Source: Candidatus Heimdallarchaeota archaeon B3_Heim (GTDB taxonomy: Archaea; Asgardarchaeota; Heimdallarchaeia; Hodarchaeales; Hodarchaeaceae). Taken from it: a DNA stretch of 32,000 nucleotides. This document shows, piece by piece, positions 8,740 to 16,388 of the stretch. Location of the stretch: NCBI GenBank assembly GCA_003144275.1, contig NJBF01000007.1, positions 30,001 to 62,000 of the forward strand, written 5' to 3'. Made by a program: the position numbers and the translations under genes. The notes under the pieces were generated by a model. The model saw nothing but the letters and a program-made list of their open reading frames with translations, was not told the DNA's origin and did not search any database. Position 1 is the first letter of the stretch. Each line of letters begins with the position of its first letter.

Positions 8740-9696
8740 TCAATTCTTGGTGATTGCAAACTTTACTACATTCTCAATTATTCGTCTAATATGCTTATAC
8801 GTTGAAGTCTGAGTTTTATACTTGAAAATTAAACAGTAGATATCATTTTTTTCTTCACTTTGCCAAAAATACCCTTGAAATTCGGATCCTGACCTCAATG
8901 GGAGTTTTCTTTTCTGAATATTCTTGTTATACTGCCATAAAACTCCCTCTGTTTGCCCTATTTTCTTTTTGCTGAATTCACTTTCACTCGGTCTAAAACC
9001 TGAAGGGATCCTAGGGAGCTTTTTTGGATAATAATTCATGAACCACACTGGTAACTCATCAATAGAGTTAATTTTTTGGTTTGCTAAACCCAATCTATAA
9101 CAATACATATCTAGAGACTTATATCGAAGCTGGAAAAACGTTAATCCTACTAGAAAAGACTGTTTAACTAGGTTCATTGATCGTGGGGTCATAACGGTCA
9201 GATTTGGTGCAATCCATTTACTCTCATAGTCTATTGGATGACAATTTATTGTTTCAAGGATTTGCATGATGTTAGCTTTAATTTTATTAGCTTGATCGCT
9301 TGAAAATTGGCTTTGCATTATGATTAATCTTTTTAGTACATCACAATTCCATACTACGATATAACCGTGTAGTGTCATATCCTCAGTTATCCAGTATAAT
9401 GTTTTAGCCGAATGATCATTAACCTTAATTCCACTTTCGGTACGTTTCTTGATTTTCTTTCGCTCTTTCAGAATAGTCTTGAAATAATCATCAATTACAA
9501 CATCTAAATCAGGGGTTTTCCCCTTCTCAACTTCGACCCAGCGAAATTCCAATATTTTTTTTTCTGTAGTACGAAAACCAAAATAACCCGTCATCTCTTT
9601 GCCTTTCCTCTTCTGTGTTTTCGTTGCAAACACCATTTCCCATTCATCTGGGACATTTAAGACTATATCCTGCCAACCGATGGTTTTAAAGTCCAT
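8740..9696 (-). CDS. Hypothetical soluble protein, possibly two PsbP/Mog1/DcrB-like repeats (ATG 9696 preferred)
   Basis: Long ORF with no TM segment. An AGGAG at 9712-9708 overlaps the track's GTG, which favours ATG 9696. The N-terminal WQDIVLNVPDEWEM is echoed by the mid-protein WIAPNLTVMTPRSMNL. Confidence 0.65.
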   Translation of the reverse strand: MDFKTIGWQDIVLNVPDEWEMVFATKTQKRKGKEMTGYFGFRTTEKKILEFRWVEVEKGKTPDLDVVIDDYFKTILKERKKIKKRTESGIKVNDHSAKTLYWITEDMTLHGYIVVWNCDVLKRLIIMQSQFSSDQANKIKANIMQILETINCHPIDYESKWIAPNLTVMTPRSMNLVKQSFLVGLTFFQLRYKSLDMYCYRLGLANQKINSIDELPVWFMNYYPKKLPRIPSGFRPSESEFSKKKIGQTEGVLWQYNKNIQKRKLPLRSGSEFQGYFWQSEEKNDIYCLIFKYKTQTSTYKHIRRIIENVVKFAITKN

Positions 9697-9767
9697 ATTA
9701 AGATCCACTCCTATAAAGACTCTGAGGAAAGGTAACTATTGGAAGATGAAATAGAGGTTTATTAGGG

Positions 9768-10814
9768 TTGTTAAATAACGTTGCTCTATTTACTGAGCCA
9801 AAAAGCATTAATCTTCAAACGATTGATATTCCCAAGATAAAAGAATCAGAAATTCTGGTAAAAACAGCATATTGTGGACTCTGTGGAACGGATATTCACC
9901 TTTATGATGGAAAAGTACCTTTTGCAAACTATCCATTAGTGCCTGGTCATGAATTTTCAGGAGAAATAATTAAGGTCGGTTCCAAGGTAAAGAATGACCT
10001 GAAAATTGGTGATAGAGTAGCAATTAATCCGAATTTGTCCTGTTATGACTTACAGAAGAAATTATGTTATTATTGCGAAAAGAATCGAAAACATTTCTGT
10101 GTGGCATGGGAAGCGATAGGAGTTACCTTGAATGGTGCTTTCGCAGAATATGTCATTTGCCCAAGCACCGTTGCTTATAAAATTCCCGATAATGTCTCTT
10201 TAAAAGCTGCTGCGTTTATGGAACCACTTGCTTGCTGTTTACATGGCTTAAACAATATGACGATAATGGATTCAGATGTTGTCTTTATTATTGGCTGCGG
10301 ACCCATTGGTTTATTGATGCTCTCTGTTATAAAAGCAACTACGTCTTGTAAGGTAATAGTAAGCGAGCCTGTAAATTCTCGAAGAAATTTAGCCAGAAAA
10401 ATTGGAGCAGATGTGATATTAAATCCATTAAGCGATGAAATAGTCCCAATTATTAATTCCGAGACATGTGATAAAGGAGTGGATGTTGCGATAGAGTGTG
10501 TGGGATTATCAAATACTGCAAAGCAAGCGATTGGTAGCCTGAACAAAGGAGGAAAAGCATTGATTTTTGGGGTCGCTGATCCTTTATCAACTATAGATTT
10601 GGATATTCACAGACTATATTCTAATGAAATTTCAATTTTTGGAAGTTTTACTAATCCCAATACAAACATGAGAGCTTTAGACTTACTATCTAAGGATATA
10701 CTAACACCTATTCCAATTATTTCTCATGAATTCCCAATAAAGAGGATTGAAGAAGCCATTTCTCTTATAAAAAGCCATGTAGATAATGTGAATAAGATTT
10801 TAATAAATCCCTAA
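9768..10814 (+). CDS. Zn-dependent medium-chain dehydrogenase (threonine/sorbitol/polyol dehydrogenase-like)
   Basis: CGLCGTDIH, GHEFSG, structural-Zn cysteines (CYDLQKKLCYYCEKNRKHFC), EPLACCLHG, GCGPIG Rossmann motif. TTG start with GAGGT about 9 nt upstream. Confidence 0.9.
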   Translation: MLNNVALFTEPKSINLQTIDIPKIKESEILVKTAYCGLCGTDIHLYDGKVPFANYPLVPGHEFSGEIIKVGSKVKNDLKIGDRVAINPNLSCYDLQKKLCYYCEKNRKHFCVAWEAIGVTLNGAFAEYVICPSTVAYKIPDNVSLKAAAFMEPLACCLHGLNNMTIMDSDVVFIIGCGPIGLLMLSVIKATTSCKVIVSEPVNSRRNLARKIGADVILNPLSDEIVPIINSETCDKGVDVAIECVGLSNTAKQAIGSLNKGGKALIFGVADPLSTIDLDIHRLYSNEISIFGSFTNPNTNMRALDLLSKDILTPIPIISHEFPIKRIEEAISLIKSHVDNVNKILINP

Positions 10815-10904
10815 AATTAACTTGGGAATTGAGATACTCCAAAAGTAAATTAACCCGTGAATTTAATAATAAACAAACTTCTTGAATAATCCAAGGAAAA
10901 GAAA

Positions 10905-11285
10905 ATGATGTCTGAAAGCACCATTCAATGTCCCTGTGGCCGAACAATCCATGATTATTCGGACTATTCTCTTCTGTATTTGAAAAAAGAATTTGGTGAA
11001 GGAGGAGAGATCGATATTCTATGTAAAAATGATTATTGCTATTTGAGAGAGCTAGGGTACTTGAAATTTAGTATTGACAAAGCCAAAAAAGTTATTTTAG
11101 AAAAAGGTAAATTCTATGCCCCATATGTGACATGGAACGCGACAAGAATGTCCGAAGATAGGACTGTTGAAATTCTCAAACAGCATCTAGTTGATATTAC
11201 AGAAAAGCTAGTTCAATGGCAGAAAGTTATGAAAAGTACAGATGAAGAAAAGGTACAATCAATTTCTGAGGAAGTAATTACGTGA
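10905..11285 (+). CDS. Hypothetical protein with four cysteines (CPC...CxxxxC), putative Zn-binding
   Basis: QCPCGR...ILCKNDYCYLRELG. Its stop overlaps the next start (GTGA at 11282-11285), indicating translational coupling. Confidence 0.7.
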   Translation: MMSESTIQCPCGRTIHDYSDYSLLYLKKEFGEGGEIDILCKNDYCYLRELGYLKFSIDKAKKVILEKGKFYAPYVTWNATRMSEDRTVEILKQHLVDITEKLVQWQKVMKSTDEEKVQSISEEVIT

Positions 11286-11884
11286 GCTTAGATTTACCAG
11301 AACCCAAATTTTCAATCTCTGAGGTTTTTTATTTATCTTATTCAAATATTAAAAGACGATTTTTCCGTTCTGTTATAACAGCCTTAGGAATTATACTAGG
11401 AATCGCATTTATGGCTGCATTATTAACAAATTCACTTATTTTAGATTGGTTACAGACTGGATCAGGTGTAGAAGCATATCAATATTGGTTAGTAGGGATT
11501 TCATTAATAGTTGCTTTTGGAGGAATAACCAACTCAATGCTGATGGCTGTTAACGAAAGAGTAAAAGAAATTGGGGTTTACAAATGTATTGGAGGATTAG
11601 ATAGTCACATTGTTCGGTTATTTATAGTAGAAGCCTTACTTTTAGGAATATTGGGAGGTTTCCTTGGAGGAATTATCGGCATAGGAATGGGAATTGGAAT
11701 TAATTTAAATCGAGCTTCATTACAGGAGTTATCCGTCCTCCTAGAGTCGAATATCACCTCTCTGATATTGCTTTTATTGGCTTGTATTGTCCTTGCAATA
11801 GTATTAACTTCACTCGCTACATTCATTCCTGCTCGTAGAGCTTCTAAACTATCACCAGCGGAAGCTTTAAGATACGAAAACTAG
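11282..11884 (+). CDS. Minimal FtsX/MacB-type ABC permease (4 TM, no extracytoplasmic domain)
   Basis: NIKRRFFRSVITALGIILGIAF (MacB TM1 motif), NSMLMAVNERVKEIGVYKCIG...FIVEALLLGILGG (FtsX coupling motif), C-terminal PARRASKLSPAEALRYE. Confidence 0.88.
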   Translation: MSLDLPEPKFSISEVFYLSYSNIKRRFFRSVITALGIILGIAFMAALLTNSLILDWLQTGSGVEAYQYWLVGISLIVAFGGITNSMLMAVNERVKEIGVYKCIGGLDSHIVRLFIVEALLLGILGGFLGGIIGIGMGIGINLNRASLQELSVLLESNITSLILLLLACIVLAIVLTSLATFIPARRASKLSPAEALRYEN

Positions 11885-11899
11885 TATGGCGGTTAATTT

Positions 11900-12622
11900 A
11901 TGAGTTTAGAAGAATTCGTCGTTGAAATAGATGATGTATACAAGGAATATACTTTAGGAAAGGTTATAATCCATGCTCTTCAGGGAGTTTCATTTAAGAT
12001 CAAACGAGAGGAATATGTTTCTATAATGGGTCCATCTGGATCGGGAAAAAGTACCATTTTCAATGCTATTGGTGGTTTAGATACAGTTACTAGTGGCGAA
12101 ATTTACATAGACCAAGTAGACATAGCTGAATTGGATGCCTATGAATTAGCATGGTTGAGGAATCGGAAAATTGGATATATCTTTCAGACATTTAACTTAC
12201 TACTTGCCTTTTCTGCACAGGAAAATATTGAAATTCCAATGGTATTTGCTGGTGTTCCAAGAGAGGATAGAAAGAAGAAATCAAAAGAAATTTTAAAAAT
12301 GGTGGGCTTAGAAGATCGAGCTAAGAATAAGCCAGGTCAGTTATCGGGGGGACAGCAACAGCGAGTGGCAATAGCTCGAGCTCTAGCCAATGATCCTGCA
12401 ATCATACTAGCAGATGAACCGACTGCGAACCTCGATTTAGCAACAGGATTGGAAATAATCGGGTTGCTCAAAAGGCTCAACGAAGAACAAGGAACGACAA
12501 TTGTGTCTGCTACACATGATCTGAAAATGATTAGCATTAGTGACAGAATTATCTGGATTCGAGATGGAAAAGTAGATAGAATTGAAGACAGAGCTGATAT
12601 TCAAGTAGACGCAATGACGTAA
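11900..12622 (+). CDS. ABC ATP-binding protein, LolD/MacB/FtsE type (paralog 1)
   Basis: Walker A GPSGSGKST, Q-loop IFQTFNL, signature LSGGQQQR, Walker B IILADEPT, H-loop ATHD. Confidence 0.95.
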   Translation: MSLEEFVVEIDDVYKEYTLGKVIIHALQGVSFKIKREEYVSIMGPSGSGKSTIFNAIGGLDTVTSGEIYIDQVDIAELDAYELAWLRNRKIGYIFQTFNLLLAFSAQENIEIPMVFAGVPREDRKKKSKEILKMVGLEDRAKNKPGQLSGGQQQRVAIARALANDPAIILADEPTANLDLATGLEIIGLLKRLNEEQGTTIVSATHDLKMISISDRIIWIRDGKVDRIEDRADIQVDAMT

Positions 12623-12626
12623 TGGA

Positions 12627-13373
12627 GTGAAAAAGTTGTCAGAAGATATTACCATACAGATGGAGAATGTAGTAAAAACTTATCAACTGGGAAGTCAGGA
12701 AGTCAAGGCATTAAACGGAATTTCCCTTTCTATCCCACGCGGTGAGTTTCATGTTATCATGGGTCCATCTGGATCAGGAAAAACAACATTTCTCAATATG
12801 GTTGGTGCACTAGACGTTCCTTCGGAAGGTGAGGTCTACTTTGAGGGGGTTCCTCTTTCTAATCTGACTCAAAAACAACTAGCTTCCTTGAGAGCATATA
12901 AAATCGGATTTATCTTTCAAACATTTAATTTAGTACCAGTAATAACAGCCTTGGAGAATGTTACTCTACCATTAATATTTCAGAATTATCCTCGAGAAGA
13001 ACGAAGAAAAAGAGCAAAAGAAATATTAAAACGCGTTGGTTTAGAGGATCGAATGAACCACACACCAGATGAATTGTCTGGAGGACAACAACAGCGAGTC
13101 GCCATCGCTCGTGCACTTGCAGGGGAGCCAAGTCTTGTCTTAGCAGACGAACCAACTGGAAATCTAGATTTAAAAACAGGATTTTCCATAGTCGAATTAT
13201 TAAGAAAAATTTGTCATGAAACTGGTGTTACAGTGATAAATTCGACTCATGACTTGAAATTAATCGATATTGCTGATAAGATTTCGTGGTTACGAGACGG
13301 TGTTATAACAAGAACCCAAAAAAGAATTGATGTGTCGATATCTTCTGAAGATGTGACTATTCCTTCATATTAA
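12627..13373 (+). CDS. ABC ATP-binding protein, LolD/MacB/FtsE type (paralog 2)
   Basis: Walker [44 protein letters not shown] start 4 nt after the previous stop. Confidence 0.95.
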   Translation: MKKLSEDITIQMENVVKTYQLGSQEVKALNGISLSIPRGEFHVIMGPSGSGKTTFLNMVGALDVPSEGEVYFEGVPLSNLTQKQLASLRAYKIGFIFQTFNLVPVITALENVTLPLIFQNYPREERRKRAKEILKRVGLEDRMNHTPDELSGGQQQRVAIARALAGEPSLVLADEPTGNLDLKTGFSIVELLRKICHETGVTVINSTHDLKLIDIADKISWLRDGVITRTQKRIDVSISSEDVTIPSY

Positions 13374-13466
13374 CACTCTATAAAGAATTTTCTTCAGGAA
13401 AAAACTTAAAAGTTGACAGAATATATTCAAAAAAACACGTTAAATACAAAATTTGGTGAGTAAATT

Positions 13467-13652
13467 TTGGCAGAAAATAGTGATATTATTGCAGGTGTAT
13501 GCGTTGTATTAGCTCTACTACTTGCTATTTATAGTACTCCTGTGATGGATGCAATTGGTGAATTATTATTATTTCTCATTGAAATTGGGTTACTCATATT
13601 AATAGTAGTGACTGCAATTTATGGACAGCGTATGTCAAGAAGCCGTGGATAA
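13467..13652 (+). CDS. Small two-TM membrane protein (61 aa)
   Basis: TTG start preceded by GGTGAG (13455-13460). Two hydrophobic stretches and a basic C-terminus (RMSRSRG). It does not overlap neighbouring genes. Confidence 0.6.
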   Translation: MAENSDIIAGVCVVLALLLAIYSTPVMDAIGELLLFLIEIGLLILIVVTAIYGQRMSRSRG

Positions 13653-13669
13653 TTTATTCGATCCATCCC

Positions 13670-16096
13670 TTAAGGACATTTCTCGATTGGGGTAAGCACG
13701 ACATAGAAAATTTCTCCTTCATGTAGATCAAATTTTATTCCAGTATTCAGCTCTTTTTTTGAGAGAGTGAGGACATTTGTTCTCTTGACTCTGCTAAGTG
13801 TTTGAATCCTCATCTCATAGTTTTCATAATCTCTTGGATAAAAAGTGATCTGACAGTTAGTGTGTTCAACTAACGGATTATAAATAATGAAGTTTAGTTT
13901 CTTAGGAGGAAAAATGTCCATCAAAGGAAAATCGAAAAGATCTAGATTTAAAACCATTATATCAGGCTTGATACTTTTGGCTAATGCCTCAAACATTAAA
14001 TAAAGATATATTATTTCCCCTGCACCGTATATCTCCCTTCCCAAAGTGCCTGACCGTGCACCTTTTTTGGAATATTCCTGGGAAGCGGAAAAATGCGGGG
14101 GTGTTTCCAGCATCTCAAGATCTTCAAATGGAATATATGGACAAGGGGTGTTTCTTCTCGATGGATAAATAAATTCCTCTGATAAGACGTTTGAGAAAAA
14201 ATAGAAAGTATTAATCCTGATGAGATTCATGATTTTCATGGCACCTCTAGGCAAGATCTGAATTTTCTCTTCCTTTAAAGCTGTTTTCAAAAATATTAAC
14301 CATGGGAGGACTGATTCAATATTTTCTTTTACAGCAGGATATCGAATACCTATACATGCCATAGGCAATCCTAAATTAGATCGTTTACCCTTCCAATCAA
14401 ATGAATTGTCATTATACCAGTAAAACATTCTTAATTCATTAAATAAGAACTTCCTCGCTATTTCTAAGTATGTATAATCTTTTGAAATACTAGCAAGTTC
14501 AGCAAATCCTGACACAGCATAAGCTATCTCAAAAGGTTCCCAAAATAATGTGTCTGGAGAAAATTCGGCCAGTTTCTTCGCGCTTTTGATTGCTTCGTCA
14601 AGATATTGACTTTTTTGAAAGAGATGGTAAGCTTCGATTACAATATATAAATGGATGCCAAGGCAGGCGTAATTTTTTGCTTTTCGTTTCCAAATTATGT
14701 CCTGTTCACCCCTAGATCTCTTCAAGAGTATTTCTCTTTGTTCATCATCATCCAGAACTTCGTAAAGTGGTTTAAGAGTAAATGGATCATAAAAAGCAGT
14801 AATTTCATAATTATGCTTTTTAACGAACTCCATAGATTTTTTTACCATATTTCTAAACGTTTCGAGATAACTTTGACTATTGGAAAGCAAAGGGAAGAGT
14901 CGTACTACCCAACCTAACCTTAAAATAGGCTCAAAAAAGTACCACGAATCTCCAATTGAATATTCTGTTGCTTTAATTATAGTATGGCCTTTGTCAGGGT
15001 AATAATCTATATTATTATAAAAAAAATTTGAGGCAGGGTCAATAAAGTGATTTAAAGTCCTATACATTCGACGAACATGATTTTCTTGAGAATTACTAGG
15101 ATTTAGAGTTAAGTATAAGATCCAAGGCGGAAGAAGTGAGAGTAATGTCATTGTTTCAAATACATTTGATCTTCCTATTGCTTCTCTTCGTTGAAGTTCT
15201 GAGTCATCCATTACATAAGCATAATATTTAGGAGATTTTGGATCAACCCAACAATATTTTTCTTTCAAAAGATCATCAATGCATCCCTTAGAAAATTCTG
15301 TCCAATTTAACCCTTCTTTTGGATAGGGAACTTGTCCTGGAATTAATGAAAAACATCGAGTAATAAGATTCTCCATCAAATCCCATTGGTTTGGTTGTAC
15401 TTCACAGTATTCCTGTGTAATATAATAGTCAAACACTATTGTTGACCCTTTCGGAAATGTTATTGACGATTTAAGGGGAATCCTATGTATTAAACCAATT
15501 GTTCCACTTGAATGAACACCACATTCATAGATTGAAAATCGCTCTATGTTTTTTGGTGACATCCATTCCATTTTTGAAAAATTCATAAAGAAAAATGTTT
15601 GAACTTTTGATTCGGGATTCCAAACTGCCGCGGCTGGCATATCATTTGATTTCCACTCGTTAGTAGGAGGAGTATGTCGACTTGGCTGTTGAATAGTCAC
15701 CACATTTTTTGAAAGATGAATTTTCGGTATAAGATGGATTTTTATCTCAGGACCAGTTTTATAAAATGTATAATCTTTGTTGAATTTTATTTTAGTTGTA
15801 AAATGAATCCAAGGATGAATATTGTTCTGAGTTTCAATCTCTGTAGATATTGTAAATCCTACATCTCTTTTATTTTCAAGCTGGAGAAGTGAGTGATTTT
15901 TTTTTGCAGTACTGGGAAGAAAATCAGCTGCACAAATTGATATTCCATTTTCTAATGTTATGAGAGGTATTTTTGCACTTTCTTGCCATTTGTCTTTTAT
16001 TCTAAGCTGTAAGAATATTATAAAGTGGTTTTTTTCTTTTTTCAACAAAATTGACTGATGTTCCGTTACCAAAAACTTGTTTTGGATTGATTCCAT
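13670..16096 (-). CDS. Uncharacterised cytoplasmic protein, probable (alpha/alpha)-barrel glycoside-hydrolase-like; paralog of 30222..32000
   Basis: 808-aa ORF without signal peptide or TM. Helical repeat pattern (YHLFQKSQYLDEAIKSA; DYTYLEIARKFL). Shares DSWY, ExxEIA, KENIES, YIPxED and EIYGAGE blocks with the last ORF. The CDS is secure; the function is inferred. Confidence 0.75.
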   Translation of the reverse strand: MESIQNKFLVTEHQSILLKKEKNHFIIFLQLRIKDKWQESAKIPLITLENGISICAADFLPSTAKKNHSLLQLENKRDVGFTISTEIETQNNIHPWIHFTTKIKFNKDYTFYKTGPEIKIHLIPKIHLSKNVVTIQQPSRHTPPTNEWKSNDMPAAAVWNPESKVQTFFFMNFSKMEWMSPKNIERFSIYECGVHSSGTIGLIHRIPLKSSITFPKGSTIVFDYYITQEYCEVQPNQWDLMENLITRCFSLIPGQVPYPKEGLNWTEFSKGCIDDLLKEKYCWVDPKSPKYYAYVMDDSELQRREAIGRSNVFETMTLLSLLPPWILYLTLNPSNSQENHVRRMYRTLNHFIDPASNFFYNNIDYYPDKGHTIIKATEYSIGDSWYFFEPILRLGWVVRLFPLLSNSQSYLETFRNMVKKSMEFVKKHNYEITAFYDPFTLKPLYEVLDDDEQREILLKRSRGEQDIIWKRKAKNYACLGIHLYIVIEAYHLFQKSQYLDEAIKSAKKLAEFSPDTLFWEPFEIAYAVSGFAELASISKDYTYLEIARKFLFNELRMFYWYNDNSFDWKGKRSNLGLPMACIGIRYPAVKENIESVLPWLIFLKTALKEEKIQILPRGAMKIMNLIRINTFYFFSNVLSEEFIYPSRRNTPCPYIPFEDLEMLETPPHFSASQEYSKKGARSGTLGREIYGAGEIIYLYLMFEALAKSIKPDIMVLNLDLFDFPLMDIFPPKKLNFIIYNPLVEHTNCQITFYPRDYENYEMRIQTLSRVKRTNVLTLSKKELNTGIKFDLHEGEIFYVVLTPIEKCP

Positions 16097-16312
16097 GAGA
16101 ATTATCGACTCAAATTTTATCTTAAAATTTCTATTCAGTAGAGTAAGTCCTTACCCGTATAAATGAGCATATTCGTTTTTAGTAAATTATTGGGATATAG
16201 AATAATTGGAACCTAGCTCGTTATTACCTAAGAATTGAAGAACTTATCGAAAAACTTGGTTTTTTATTTCAACGGCATGAAGCTTTTTTTGATTGGTTTT
16301 GTTATCTGGGGT

Positions 16313-16325
16313 AAAGGTTTTTTAA
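16313..16325 (+). promoter_or_regulatory. Possible archaeal BRE/TATA promoter for the 16389-25067 operon
   Basis: AAAGGTTTTTTAA about 65-75 nt upstream of the start codon. Weak evidence in AT-rich DNA. Confidence 0.3.
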
Positions 16326-16388
16326 CACACTAATATCGTTCCTACGAGCTAATTAATTTTTAACATTTGCCCTTCCTATCAGGTTTGT

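Noticed and set aside
12015-12790. Near-identical DNA ATGGGTCCATCTGGATC(G/A)GGAAAAA occurring twice
   Set aside because: It encodes the Walker A motifs of the two paralogous ATPases and is not an independent repeat element.
8254-13652. RiPP biosynthetic cluster (PqqD + ABC exporter + peptidase + small ORF)
   Set aside because: There is no modifying enzyme, the small ORFs are a membrane hairpin and a Cys4 protein rather than precursors, the peptidase domain is degenerate, and the context is glycosidases.
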